From the human T2T-CHM13v2.0 reference genome, Homo sapiens, in the NCBI RefSeq assembly GCF_009914755.1, contig NC_060934.1: a stretch of 64,000 nt of DNA, one strand, 5' to 3'. The position numbers and the translations under genes are program-made. Of the stretch, positions 36,591 to 53,969 are shown one piece after another (the first letter of the stretch is position 1; each line of letters opens with the position of its first letter). The notes under the pieces are model-generated. The model had not been told where the DNA came from and made no database searches. It worked only from the letters and a program-made list of their open reading frames with translations.

Positions 36591-36739
36591 GGACATTATT
36601 TTGATAAATAGAGAATTAAAAAGGAAGCACCAAGAATCAAACCCCATGACAAATTGACTATACACTCTATTACGGTACACAGTAGTTTATTTCCTCCCAT
36701 ATAAACAAGTAATCAAATTTTTCTGCAGAAGATTTTAGT

Positions 36740-36908
36740 ATCCAAGACTCCTAGAGATTCGCAAGTATATATGGGAGACTCAGGAAACTCTTGAAACAGC
36801 ATGCCATAGTTGGTATGTACCTGTCTAAGTGCATTTTTCTGAGGAGAGGGTCACGATTTTATTCAAATCTCAAAAGATGACATTACCCAAGAGTTTGAAC
36901 ATCAGTGT
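36740..36908. mobile_element. hAT-Charlie MITE relic (Charlie4z-like)
   Basis: GTGCATTTTTCTGAGGAGAGGGTC...CTCAAAAG. Confidence 0.5.
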
Positions 36909-38159
36909 TTGCCGAGTATTAAGAACATTGGCGCTAAATTGCTGTGTGCAGCATGTGACTTCCTCAGCTTCTATTTCCCAGAGGAACTGAAAATACCATC
37001 ACCATGAAAACTAACAAATTTGCACTCAAATTCGGTTAGTTCATTTAAAACAAAAACATGTGGGGTTTGTCTATGTGCATTGGTAAGAATGGAGCGTCCC
37101 TGACCTCTTTCTCACACTTGGTCCAAATAAAGAGAAAAGTTACTAAACTCAGGAGCCTTCTGTAAGTTGATGATAATTCACAAGTGATTTGAAGTATTTG
37201 CATTTACACTATTGAGATGGCACAGAAATGACACCAAGAATGAAGACTCGATGACTTTTCTTACTGTGGGGCACAGATACGAGTCTGATTTAACTTTTCT
37301 CAGAAACGGATCTTCTGGCCTATTTAAACTTTATTCGGAGACTAACAAAGAGCAGCTGAAAATCTTCCTCTTTAGAAAAGATGGAGAAAAAAAACAGGAA
37401 TGAATCACATAGCATCGTCATTATGGGCATATTAACTCCCTATGACAGGGAAATATGGGTCCCTTAAACTACCTCAAAAGCTTTAGCAAACTGTGACTTA
37501 ACAGCAGATGTTTAGCTGTGAATTTAACTTGTCATCTTTAAAGACAGTATTTAATTGTTTCCCTTCATTCAGGCAACAAATAGCTCTTTTAGGAAGGAAG
37601 GGCAATGTTACTCACATTCTTTCTACCAAAAAATGTTGTTATTCTTATTTTGTTTTAGCAGAAGATATCAATCAATGTTGGTCATGGTAGCCATGTGTCT
37701 ATGTGAAAACAATTAGGATAGCAAGAACCATTAATGCTTTTCTCTTATCTGGGCATTCAATTAATCTAATGATGTCATCAACAAAGACAGAGAGATGAAG
37801 AATGAAAAACTCTAAATTTGAGCTCTTGCTGGCAATATAGTTTTAAATATTTCTATACAAAATAAACAACCTCTAAAATGGCAGCTTCAACTTAATCTCC
37901 ATAAACCTTTTTCTTATATGACAATATCCTACGATTCAACTCTTGGTTATTTAGGTTCTTATTTTGTATACAATGTGTTCTTTTCAGCTATTCATTATGC
38001 CATTTTTAGAAGATAAAATGGAATAGAAAAAAAATTGTTGGATTTTCTGTATTGCTGTAATTAGTGATGATTAACTAATTTGAAAAGTACTCTAAAATGA
38101 GAATTTTACATCAATCGGTTCACTTTACTAATAATCTTATTTCTTTTAAAAAATATGTG

Positions 38160-38372
38160 TGGGTTTGCCTTCCCTAAGCATGGTTCTAAGGGCTTTGTAT
38201 GTTAATTAATCCTAATAAACATGCTTCCGTTAGAGGCTGTGATTATGAACATTTTTCAGATAAATTTAAAAAATGGGTTAAAAAAATGTAAGTAACTTAT
38301 TCAACATACAAAGCTCATACATCATAGAGCCAGAATTTGAAATCAGGTACTAGAGCTCAAAAGTTCTGAACT
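38160..38372 (-). mobile_element. MIR
   Basis: CATTTTTCAGAT...AAGTAACTT...AGAGCCAGAATTTGAA. Confidence 0.65.
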
Positions 38373-38375
38373 TTC

Positions 38376-38931
<556 letters not shown>

Positions 38932-39025
38932 TAATTTTTGTATTTTTAGTAGAGACGGGGTTTCACCATGTTGGCCATGATGGTCTTGATCTCCTGACCT
39001 CGTGATCCACCTGCCTCTGCCTTCC
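38932..39025 (-). mobile_element. Additional Alu left-arm fragment fused to the preceding Alu
   Basis: TAATTTTTGTATTTTTAGTAGAGACGGGG...CTGCCTTCC. Confidence 0.85.
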
Positions 39026-40097
39026 GTGAGTTTTATTTTATTTGTAATTGCTCTGTCTTTTTCATCCTTTAATATTCAACATTTCTTTGTTCTTGTTTTA
39101 TATATATCTTTTATAAATAGTAATTACATGATCTTTAAAAACAAATCTGATAGTGTTTGTATTTGAGCTGGCAAATTCAGTCATTAACAGTTTTGGTGAT
39201 TACTGATTACTGATATATTATGATTTTTTTACCATCTTACTTTAAGCTTAACATATGTCTTACTTTTCTTAGCTTGTTATTTCTTGTTTTATTCTTGCTT
39301 TGTTATTTCTTGAACTCTGTTTTGCTTGTTTTTGTATTTCATTGTCTTTAAAAACCTAACGATTTATGTGTGTCATCTTCAATTTCTTTCTTCAGTGTTT
39401 TGTGGTTTTCCTTGTAGAGGCTTTTCACCTCTTTGTTTAAATTTATTCGTAGGTTTTGTTTGTTTGTTTGTTTAAATAAGATTACTTTGGGCTTTTTAAT
39501 TTGTCTTTTGTAGCTATTGTAAGCAGGATTACCTTCTTGATTTCTTTCTCAGATTATTATTGGGTTATAGAAATGCTACTGAATTTGTAGGTAGATTTTG
39601 TATCCTGAAACTTGACTGAATTCATTTGTAAAATCTAAGCTTTTTTGATGGGAGTTTCTAGGTTTTTCCAGATAAGATTGCATCATCAGCTATGTAGGCA
39701 TTGCGTTTTTTAATTTTATGTGAATAATATTTATTTGGATTTATATATGTTTACCATTTGCTTTGCTCTCTATTCCGCCTTACATCTCAGACCTTCCTTC
39801 CAAGTTTCTTTCTTTCTGAAATACCTCATTCAGTATTTCTGGTAGTGTTTGTGTGTGGATGATAAACACACTCAGTTTTACTATTCCACCGTGTTCTCAT
39901 TTGTATTGCTCTTATAGAGAAGCATGCTTTCAGTCCAATTGTTCCTCTGTAAGCAATTTATCTTTTTCTTTTGTATTTTTATAATATATTTTCTTATTTT
40001 GGATTCGGCACTTTCATTAAAATGTGTTCAGGTGTATATATTTTTAAATTTATGCTACTTAATATAGGTTGAATTTTCTTTACCTGTGACTTTTTTT

Positions 40098-40383
40098 GGC
40101 GGGGAACTGGAGTCTTACTCAGTTGCCCAGACTGGAGTGCAGTGGCGTGATCTCGGCTCACTGCAACCTCCACCTCCTGGTTGAAGTGATTCTCCTGCCT
40201 CAGCCTCCCGAGTAATTGGGATTATAGGCACCCGCCATCACGCCTGGCTAATTTTTGTATTTTTGTAGAGACAGGGTTTCACCATGTTGGCCAAGCTGGT
40301 CAAGAACTCCTGACCTCAAGTGATCAGCCAGCCTCGGCCTCCCAAACTGCTGGGATTACAGGCGTGAGCCACTGCGCCCAGCC
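40098..40383 (-). mobile_element. AluSx/Sz-like, tail almost absent
   Basis: TSD TACCTGTGACTTTTTTT. Confidence 0.92.
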
Positions 40384-41062
40384 TACCTGTGACTTTTTTT
40401 TAGTTCAGAAAATTCTCAGGCATTTTCTTTTTCACATTGTCTGACTTCCATTCTATTTGCCTTCTCATTCTGGGAGACATACTAGCCCTTCTCATTCTCT
40501 CCTTCATAGCCCTTAATCTGTCTTTCATCTCTCTACCATCTCTTTGACCATTTGTGCTGTATTCTGGATACTGTCTTTAGATATAAAATCTGTTCACTAA
40601 TTCTCTATCAAGTAGAATCTAATCTGCTATTTATCCAACCACCAAGTTATCCATTTCAACTTTTATTTTTTATTTCTAGAAATTGTGTTTCTAGAAATAA
40701 ACCTTATCTGACTGAATAGTTCTTGTTGTTGATGGTTTCTCACTCTTGAAAATTATAGTTTTCAAAAAAACATTTACTACATGGTTATTTATATTCTCTA
40801 CCTAATATTTCCAATATATGGAGTATTTAGAGTTCTAAATCTGCTGTTTGTTGCTTCTGCCTTCTTTCACACACAGTGGTACTTTTCCTTGTGTTGGGGA
40901 TCGGTGGGTGGCTCATATTTAGTTAATCCTAATCCATGGAGTTGAGAGGTGACACATTTGGAAATGCTTTCCAACAGACAGCATTTGCATGCTTTGAGCT
41001 CTATTGCCTAATCTATGTAAGGAGAATAATGACATTTTTTTTCCACTTAAAAGAATCTAATT

Positions 41063-41480
<418 letters not shown>

Positions 41481-42183
41481 TTAAAATTAATATTTTAGAA
41501 GAATGATACAGCATCATGCACTTTCTAAATTAGTTCACCAGATTATTCGGTTATTTTATACAAGAGGAACTCAAGTTAATTAATGTAACATCAGTATGAT
41601 GTGTCTAGGTATGGTTTTCTTTGTATTTATTCCAGTTCAGTTGTGAAGTTCTCCTTGAACTTGTGGATTCTTGCTTTAATTTATATTGCAAATTACTTGG
41701 CCACTATTTTTTCAGATATTTTTTCTGACTCATTCTTTTTTCTCATTCCTTTTTTCTTTAGCTCCATGAAAACATGTGCTAAAACTTTTCCCCATGTCTC
41801 ATGTATCTCTTAGGTGTTTTCTAAATGTTTTGATCTTTTAGGCTTTCTGTATCTCAGTTTAGATTTTTTTTTCTAAGCTATCTTCAACTTGACTAATCTT
41901 ATTCTTTAACTGTATACAATTTCCTATTAAATTTGCCTACTGAGTTATTAAGTTCAGTTACTGCATGTTCAAAATCCAAAATGTCCATTTGATTCTTTTT
42001 AACACTGTAGTTTTCTACATCTCTTTACCTTGGCAAATAATTCCTTCAACATATTAGGCATAGTTATTTTCAAGTCTCTGCAATACATTCTAACACATGA
42101 ATTTCCTGTGGGTCTGTTTTAGGTTTGTTTCTATTATATATTTTTTTTCTTGGTTTTCAGTTGTGTGAAGTCATGTCCTGATA

Positions 42184-42238
42184 TGATTAAAATTTGGACA
42201 TGATTAAATCCTGGACATTGATTAAATCCTGGACATTG
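42184..42238. repeat. Three copies of an ~18-bp tandem repeat TGATTAAATCCTGGACAT
   Basis: Two exact copies and one diverged copy. Confidence 0.85.
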
Positions 42239-42377
42239 CATATAAGAAACCATAATATGCAGATCTCAGTAACGTTGTCTTCTTCCAAAGAGAATTTACT
42301 GTTACTTCTGGCGAGCAGTTAGAGTAGGGGCAGGTAGCCTCAATGCTAATCAGGGCTGATCCATAGCAGGGCGTTGG

Positions 42378-42678
<301 letters not shown>

Positions 42679-43179
42679 TCTTTCCTCTTTCTTTCACAAT
42701 GTATTCGTTGTCTACTCTGTGCTGGTACCTTACATTTATTATCATATTATTTAGTAAAACCCCTCTGAAATTAAAATTACAAACGAGGAAAATAAACATG
42801 GAGACTACAAGCAACTCATCGAAATTTGCTTGTGTTCAAATAGGATACCTGAGATTAAAAACCAGAACGTGATTATTTTATTTTCTTTTTTATATTAATT
42901 CTCTCTAGTCTTTTTTCTTTTTCACTTTGTCTCTTCTCTCAGTGTTTCAGTCCCTCCTTCCCTTTCCCTTCCTTTTTTTTTTTCCCGTTTCTTTATAACA
43001 GTTAAGGAAAAGGTGTGGTCTGAAGACATTTTCAGCCTAGACTCTGACTAGCCAGAATAGCGCATGGGGTGGCCCTGTGATGATCCTCGGGCAGTCTGAT
43101 GAATCAGGAAAAGGGAGGCCAGATGTGCTACACAGTTCAATGTCTGGCCCACCATCAACCCTTCTCCAGTAAGAGCCGT

Positions 43180-43880
43180 TTCACATGTCCCTCTCTCTCT
43201 CATATCCTACTTTCCCAATTTACCATGTATTTGTCCACTCTTTGCCATCCTCTCTTCGCCTACTTTAGTTTAACTGCCATTATCGTTTGTTTGGAACTAC
43301 ATCAGCCTTCTAAATGTGTCCCCATCTGCAGTTTTGCCCAACCCCAATCCATTCTCCCAACTGCAGTCAAATTAATCTTTCTAAAAGGCAAAACTTGCGT
43401 GATGTCACCTGTGTGCCAATTCAGTGGTTTTACGTATCCCTCATGGTAACACTTACCAGGGCCCTGAAGGCACATCACGGCCTACCCCATCTCTCCTGTT
43501 ACGCTTTCTGCACATTTTCAATAGTGCCCTGTCATCTTCCTAATTGTATTTTGTATTTTTACATACTGCTCTCTCTCTAGAACTGGAAGGCATTTACCTT
43601 TTCCTGTTCTATCTTGGGTAATGTCTTCTATTTTTAATACCAACTTAGGCATGACCTCTTCCAAGAAGGTTTTCCTAATAACCAAAGGCAAGATTGGGTA
43701 ACCTTTCTACAGGCTGCCCTAGATCTCTGTGCAGTCCATATCACCCAGCTCATTGGGTGTTGTCTTCTTTCCCATTTACTTCACTCGTATCTCATTCACC
43801 ATTATACCTCACAATTAGCATGACATGTAGAGGACCTTCATTGATTGTTTATTTGGTAAATGACTATTAAATGAGTGGTA
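43180..43880 (+). mobile_element. L2 3' region
   Basis: CCAATCCATTCTCC...AATCTTTCTAAAA...ACCTCTTCCAAGAAGG. Confidence 0.65.
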
Positions 43881-44941
43881 TGAAAATAAATGTGCAGCAA
43901 AATACTCATAGTGTGACCTAATTATATGCAAAAAATCTGCAACAAGCACATACATGAACACATACATAAATACAAGAGAATTGGAAGACTATATAGCACA
44001 CTAGTTATTATAGTTATACTAAAAATATAAGTCAACTGTACCATTCAATCAATCAATCAAATGAAGTAGATTAATCCTGCTCACAATCACATTGGTATCT
44101 ATACCATATTCTAATTTTACATTACCTGGAGTTTCACATGCTTTTGCATATCACTTTCTGAAGTGGCATTGTACTACTGGGATTTGAGCCTTAATTTGAT
44201 TTCATAATTTACATTCTACAATTACATGTTAGGTTACTATCATGTTCTTAGCACTTGACTAGGTGCTGCAGTAAAAAGAGATGATTTTACAACTGTTTTT
44301 GAATTGCTTGCAAACTTTCGGAGAGAAATAATATTAATAGATAGATAAAATTTAGAATTTTTCTACCAGGAGCTGCATGCAGTTTTATGTAAAATATTAA
44401 GAAGTTGGACTTCATATATTTTTAATGCCTCTCCCATTCTGCTTCTGACCCTGCAGCAGTTTCTTCTGATGTAATGTAGATATTTTGGGGCATATAATCC
44501 CACACTTAAAAAGAGCCTGAAAGGACTTTAGGGAGGTAATAAACCATTGTTTGCCTGAAGGTCTCCTTCAACATTATCACTAAGTGGCTACATTTTCCAG
44601 ACTTGAACTCTTTCAGTTACAGGAAGTCAGTGCTTCTCAAGAGTTTCCCACTTTGTGCCTCTCCTGTGTTTTCCAATCACATTGTCAAGAATAAGTGCAA
44701 TTCTTCTTCCCTTATTGACCAGTGACTGTCTGAAGCTTGCTATTTTGTTACCTCTGAATCTTTGCTTTTTACTGCTATTTAAAAATCCCTGATGTAGACA
44801 GGGATTAGTCCATTTATAGGGTTGGCTTTTTGGAATCATATACAAGTGTATTTATCTCCACAATAATTTTTTTCTTCTGGGATTTTTGTCTGTTCTCACT
44901 CACAAAAATATTTTATTGGTTTCTAATGATCATATGTAATT

Positions 44942-44958
44942 GTGTGTGTGTGTGTGTG
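44942..44958. repeat. (TG)n microsatellite
   Basis: Direct reading. Confidence 0.9.
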
Positions 44959-45640
44959 CACGCGCACACATGAATGTATGAATATTTGTAGTGAGTTTGT
45001 GGTAAAAGCATTTTGGAAATATTACATTTTTACTCTATTAATTTGATGACAACGTAATGCAATCCTGTTTATGTTACAATGTGCTATTTGATTTAAAGTT
45101 TGAAAAAAGAGGCAATTGGGAACAATTACTCAACAAACTTACTGTGAAAATTGGCTCTTTTTTTCCTATTACTGTGCTTCAGAAATGCTTCTCTTCCTAA
45201 GATCCAGTGGAAGTTCAGAAACTGGGAGATAATTGTGTCCTTGGTAGGGACAGAGTGACACCGTGTGGAATAAAACAGAACAGAGCTACCCCATGAGGCA
45301 ACACATGCTCTCCCCAGAAGAGCACAACTGGAAACAAACCAGCTTTTCAAGTAACTCACCTATTTTTTTCCTAAATTTGCCTTAAATTACTTATTGAAAA
45401 TGTGAACCAGCAGCAAAGAGAAAAAGCTCACCAAGATGGCACATGCAATTAGAGTGGAATTCATAACATTTTATAAGAAGTATTTTATATTCTACATTAA
45501 AAATAAGCTTATTTATTTGCTGTATATCTTATCTTTTAGAAAGATGCTTGTTCATTTAAATGGGCTTACCAAATATTAATCGAATAAAAAATGGTTTGTT
45601 ATTTGTTTATTCATTATATAAACCATTTCCAAAGAAGAGG

Positions 45641-45704
45641 TTTCCCTCCCTCCCTTCCTTCCTCCCTCCCTCCCTTCTTTCCTTCCTTCCTTCCTTCTTT
45701 CTTT
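45641..45704. repeat. (CCCT)n/(CCTT)n pyrimidine tract
   Basis: Direct reading. Confidence 0.9.
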
Positions 45705-46319
45705 ACCTTATGAGGCTCTAAAAAAAAACTTACAACTCAATGGCAATTCAAATGTCTTTAACTCGATTCTTTAAAGAAGAGTGCCTGGAACTAGATAACA
45801 TGATGAGCCACTGCCATAAACAGCAAAGCTAACAGATGCATACCAATAAGGTTTGCACAATTATTTAATATATTTTGTCATAGTATGAGTCGTTGGAGGA
45901 ACAAGAGATGTTTGACACAGAAAAGTGTCAATACATTTTAGTTATGTTATGTTTTTATTAACGTTTTCAGGCCTTTAATAAAAAAGAGGGTCGATTTATT
46001 CTGTGATTAACAGATAGTACTTATGGGGGTGAAACATTTTAGCAAGTTACAAGAAGTAAATTTTACACACGAAGAAGACCTGTGTGAAATTTAAGTGGTC
46101 TGCTCCATCCAATGCCAACTCTAATTAATTGCTAATAGCTGCCTTGAGTACTATGCCTCTAAGGATCTGAGGTCATGTTCTGGCTCAGTGGGTAGTTCTA
46201 TATTTGAATAGTAAGGCTGGCTTGTGCACAAAGGTGAAGGAATTGGGGCGTATATATCGGGTGTTACCCTTTCTGGCCGAGAGAATACTTGATAGAAATG
46301 GGCTTCAGTGGAAAAACTA

Positions 46320-46490
46320 AGGGACAGAATAGCTTCAGTTTTAGCTTGGCCACGTACATTGTGTAAATTTTCCAAGCCTATTTTCTTCATCTCTAAGCAT
46401 AGCGCAATAATCTTTATATGGTTGTTATGGACATTTAAGATGTAAAATAACGTGTCTAAAGCAACTAATGCAGAAATGCTTATAAACGAT
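46320..46490 (+). mobile_element. MIR fragment
   Basis: TTTTCTTCATCT...GGTTGTTATGGACATTTAA. Confidence 0.5.
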
Positions 46491-46669
46491 CTTGTGATAT
46501 GTACTAATAAGTGATAACTATCATTACTCCCTTGTTCTTTTTTTTTTGTTAATTGGGATCATACCTTTAACATACATTTTCTAAAAGTAAATTCTACTTT
46601 CTCTTTGAATTACAGTGATTTTCTTGTATGCTTATGGTTATTAGGCATAGGTAAAAATTTTGTAATAAA

Positions 46670-46990
46670 TAAAGATGAAGAGATCTAAGAAGGAAAAATG
46701 GAACCACAACATTATAGTATTAGAGAAGCCATCAGAAGAAAGTTTCAAGAGAATGGTCAATATTATAAAATGCTGCAGAGGACCATGAAGGAAAAAGACT
46801 AAAATGATGGGGACTTGATAATTGGAAATAACTGATAATCCCAGAGAATGAAATTGCTATTGTGAAATATATGGGAGGTAGAATGTGATTCACCGAGGAC
46901 ATAATGAGTAAGGAGAACATGATATGATAAAATATTAAAAGACTTTTTCCTAGGTTTTCTATCAGAAGCTTTTCTGTTGCACTGGCATGA
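46670..46990 (-). mobile_element. L2 fragment
   Basis: GAAGCC...AGAAAGTTTCAAGAG...AAATGCTGCAGAG. Confidence 0.55.
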
Positions 46991-47092
46991 AGAAGATATT
47001 TGGAGAAGAAAATATAAAATAAAATATATGATTAAATTAATTATTTCAGTTACCACACAAAGCTCAGATCAATTCCCCTAATTTTTTGATGA

Positions 47093-47459
<367 letters not shown>

Positions 47460-47786
47460 AAAAACATTTTTTTAAAAGAACAACTGTAGAGGTGCAGATA
47501 TTTCTATCAGTTCTCCCGTAATTGCAACTGGCACCTTTTATATGAGAGGAACTCAGGAGAGACTATTTTGAGACCTTATCAGCCTTCCTACAGTTGTGTA
47601 ATGCTGGAACAATGTGTTTGGGGACCTGCTGTCAGGCACCAGCAATATAGAGGTGGGGAGAGAAAAACAGAAGAAAGTTAAGGGCAGAGTACTTATCATA
47701 TGTGCATACTATATTGTTGAAGCTAGGTAGCACAGGGTTGGTATGGAGGGGAAAAGACATTACAAGTGCACTGATACATGTCATCC

Positions 47787-47920
47787 TTTCTCTTTTCCTT
47801 TTTCTCCTTTTTGAGACAGAGTCTCGCTCTGTTGCTCAGGCTTGAGAGCAGTGACACAATTTCGGCTCACTGCAGACTCCACCTCCCAGGTTCAAGTGAT
47901 TCTCATGCCTCAGCCTCCCA
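47787..47920 (-). mobile_element. 5'-truncated Alu (right-arm end)
   Basis: GAGACAGAGTCTCGCTCTG...CTCAGCCTCCC. Confidence 0.85.
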
Positions 47921-48017
47921 CGTCCATTTTATTTATTTTCCAATTTTATTTTTAAGCTTTTATTCAAGTTTTTAGTTTATCATGGTGGAAAGAGAGATAG
48001 AAAATAGTTTCAAAGCG

Positions 48018-48330
<313 letters not shown>

Positions 48331-48514
48331 TTGTAAATTCTTTAATATCTAAGAGATTTGCTTTCATCTTTGCAAGAAATTTTAGATAATTGTTGATATC
48401 ATTTTAGTACCCTTTACATAGTGGGGACATACTTATAAAACAAAGACACAGTGAGAAAAATATTAGAATGGTTGATAAGTAACTTACTGTTGCTATCACT
48501 AAAATATTCATGAT

Positions 48515-48760
48515 AGTAATTGTTTAATTTACTGAATGTCTTGCACCAGGTCTACTCAGCATCATACAAACATTGTACTTAGAGAATGAATTATTTATTT
48601 AATCCTTATAAAATTATTCCGAGACAGATAACAAGTAAGGAAATTGAAGCTCAGCATGGTAGAGAAACTTCCCCATGTTCAGATGGTTTTTAAGTGGTAG
48701 TGCTGAGATTCAAACCCACTTCTGTTTGATTCTGAAACACAACTACTGGGCACTGTAATA
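48515..48760 (-). mobile_element. MIR
   Basis: AAGGAAATTGAAGCTCAG...GCTGAGATTCAAACCCA. Confidence 0.65.
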
Positions 48761-48825
48761 CACTGTGTTCTGGACATGTTATTAATCATGAACAAATAGA
48801 TTTCAGTAGAAACAGGATTTTTTTT

Positions 48826-49140
<315 letters not shown>

Positions 49141-49521
49141 GTTTTTTACCTTTCGAATTAAATCCTAAAATTGGGATTTTTCATTATGTAGTCTAGTTCC
49201 TTCATCACACCTCTATGTCAGTGAGTTCCTGGAATCTCCTGCTAGAAAGTTAGTTTACTGAGACTGTCATTAATATGTAATGAATATAATTATTTAAGCC
49301 AATACATTTGAAGAATTTAAATTTAACCATACAGTCTTTTAGCAGATAAAGAAAGCAAATTTGATCTCTAAGTTAGTGTGCTCGACATATCGGGAAATTG
49401 GAGCCAGGCTAAGCGTAGGGTGCCAGGGCTCCAGGTGTGCAGTCACAGGAGACAGGAGAGACTTGGGAAGCTCCTGGAAGCTGCAGGAGAGCAGGATCGT
49501 GGGTATTGCTCACTCTTTCTC

Positions 49522-49540
49522 TCTGCACCAGGGGGCATTT
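49522..49540 (+). promoter_or_regulatory. Candidate CTCF site
   Basis: TCTGCACCAGGGGGCATTT resembles the CCASYAGRKGGCRS core. Motif match only. Confidence 0.4.
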
Positions 49541-49832
49541 TCTAATAATGTTTATCACTTCTCTTCTGCCTGGGGTCTCTGAAACATCTTCTCACATTGT
49601 GGTCCGAGCTTTGCTCCCACCAGGCAGCACCTATGGTAGATTTCCCTTTGGGTAGATAGCAGCGGCTTCTGGCTCTCGTCATGCTGTTTCCTGTCTGAGT
49701 CCTTGCAGCTCTCATCTCTGGACTGCTTCACAACTGAAAGATTGACTCCCCGCTTTTCTACCACCTATGGAAGCAGCTCCCTGAATTAAATTACTTCTGT
49801 TGAATGAAATACCTAGTGTGGTTTCAATTTTC

Positions 49833-50121
49833 ATTTTATTTATTTATTTATGTATTTATTTTGAGATGGAGTCTTGCTCTGTCGCTGAGGCTGGAGTGCA
49901 GTGGCCTGATCTCGGCTCACTGCAACCTCCGCCTCCCGGGTTCAAGGGATTCTTCTGCCTCAACTTCGCCCGCCACCACGCCCGGCTCATTTTTTGTATT
50001 TTTAGTACAGACGGGGTTTCACCGTATTAGCCAGGATGGTCTCGATTTCTTGACCTCGTGATCCACCCGCCTCGGCCGCCCAAAGTGCTGGGATTACAGG
50101 CGTGAGCCACTGCGCCCGGCC
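49833..50121 (-). mobile_element. AluSc/Y-like with ~20-bp deletion
   Basis: TSD GGTTTCAATTTTC. Confidence 0.92.
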
Positions 50122-50829
50122 GGTTTCAATTTTCTTTAATGGATCTTGACAGATACTAAAGCCCTTTCCCAGGTGTTCCCTTTATGTAATGCAGTAATTA
50201 AAAGGGCCGTGATCGAAGAAGTATTCAAGTGCACTATACATAGAATGTCCTATGGATAACCTGTGAAGTTACCTATTTTTTTTGCTTAGAATGGTATTAC
50301 GTCTACAGGGAGTCAATCAGCTGCAGAAAGTGAATGGATCCTTCGAAAGTTTGAGTTGCTATGAAGGGAGACTCTCTGTTCTTCCTTAGTCTCAGAGATA
50401 GGAAATAACAATTGCAGCATTAATCTGGACATGTCTTGGGTTTCATATTCCTACACAAATATAATGAAACACCTATTTGGCCGGCATGTAACTTGAGCCT
50501 GACTGTAGCGATTAATTTCTGCCTCTGTGTGTTTTAGAGACTTTTGTAGACAAATTAGTAGATGTAAATGAAAGTGGACGGAAATCGTTTGAAATGAGTT
50601 GCCTTTAAGTAGTTGTAAAATTAGACTATATAGCTTAGGAGTCCATAAATTTGAAACTACCTAGGCACAGTGCTCAAAATAGGAGCTTGCATTTATTTAC
50701 AGGTCATAGTTGTGGAACCAAGATTTGTTAAAGTTGCTAAGTTGTTACTTCAAGAGGTAGATGAAGTCTACATACCAGATCTGTATAAACTTTACATTCA
50801 AGAGGGTAATCTTAAAATAATTTATCTCT

Positions 50830-51161
<332 letters not shown>

Positions 51162-51431
51162 TCAAAAATCATGAAAGCATGTATTTTAAACACTCAAAGT
51201 TAATGAATGGTTATTAAATACTATAATTCACTTCTGATACTTCCAGCCTGTCCTCTTTCTTATTTTGTCCTTGGTTGGGGGATAGTCTGAGGACAAGGTG
51301 TGGGGAACCAAATGTGGAAAAAATTATGAAGAAAAGTTTGGTAAATTTAACTTTTATATAAGTGGGTATATGGAACCTTTTGTTTTTGCCACTTAAGTCA
51401 TGGAATTTATTCATAAAAAGTAGGTTCTCTA

Positions 51432-51816
<385 letters not shown>

Positions 51817-52222
51817 TCAACATCACCTGAGCTTTCCATTCTTGACTTTAGTGACCCAGGAATTTCAGTGAAGACATACAAATAGCCTGAAATCTGAGAA
51901 AAGTTAATCCTGAATTTAAGCTTAGCCCAAAGAAATTCTATATACTATAGAGGAACAGATGAACTAAATGAATGTTTGCAATTTCTGTTAACAAACGCAC
52001 ATTTGAATTATGTCAGTCTATTAATTCTTCTGCCTTAAATTTGAGTATTTTGATTTTTTTCAAAAATAATATAATCCTCAATAGTAGTTAATAAAGAAAG
52101 TCTGAGTTATAGAACTTGTTTTTTAGGGGAAAATTTCTTTCTTTTATTTCAAGCCATCTCCAATTGCCAGAAAAAATAATACTCAGATTTATGTGTTTCT
52201 AACTGAATGGTCTCTTTCTGCA

Positions 52223-52301
52223 ATGCCATTCTCCCGCCTCAGCCTCCAGAGTAGCTGGGACTACAGGTGCCCGCCACCACGCCCAGCTAATTTTGTTTTT
52301 G
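52223..52301 (-). mobile_element. Isolated 79-bp internal Alu fragment (no tail, no TSD)
   Basis: ATGCCATTCTCC...CAGCTAATTTTGTTTTTG. Confidence 0.88.
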
Positions 52302-52767
52302 GAATGGAAATGCAAAGCTCAAGGAAAACTGAACAGTGATTTACAGCATTTGCATATGCATTTACTATAATTGTAAGAGCAGGGATTTAATATCTGTAGT
52401 GAAGTGATACAGAATTTGGCAGGAACAATTAATATCTACTAAAATTTCTAGGTATCTGACAATACAGAGAACATCAAGGTGAAAACTTTGTTCTTCAAAC
52501 CATTGTTGAGATATAGGAAGAATCAGCCAATTTTTCTTAAAGGGTATCCCACTAACAAACTTGACAGTATTGGTACATTGTCTTCCTTAACAGATACTGG
52601 GAGTTAGAGCCAAATGGCTAAGTATCTCCAAACCTAAAAGTTGTTACTCACCATTCTTAAGCCTGAATAAATTTCATAAAACTTGTAAAATTGGTACCTA
52701 CTCAGTAACATCACACTTTACCCTCCAATAGATTTAAAACTTGTTCTAGTAAAAGTACCCAGCTTCC

Positions 52768-53067
<300 letters not shown>

Positions 53068-53312
53068 AAAAGTACCTGGCTTTCCCTTTGCAAGAGCATT
53101 TCTAGTATTTGAATTAAATCTAATGGAGCCTTTGATTTTGAAGTGCATGTATGAATTAGTAGTATGTCATGAATTGTGATACATTTTAAAACACTGGCTA
53201 GCTGTTGGCAAGATATTATCTATGTCTAATTTTCCAAGTCAGGGAAGAATGCTTTCAATTTTGAATTTATGGACAATGACGAATACAAAATACTTTAAAT
53301 ACTTTTTCGTGA

Positions 53313-53969
<657 letters not shown>

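Noticed and set aside
50427-50436. p53 half-site GGACATGTCT
   Set aside because: No adjacent second half-site
52348-52361. Overlapping octamer and near-MORE POU site ATTTGCATATGCAT
   Set aside because: Single motif in AT-rich DNA with no supporting context
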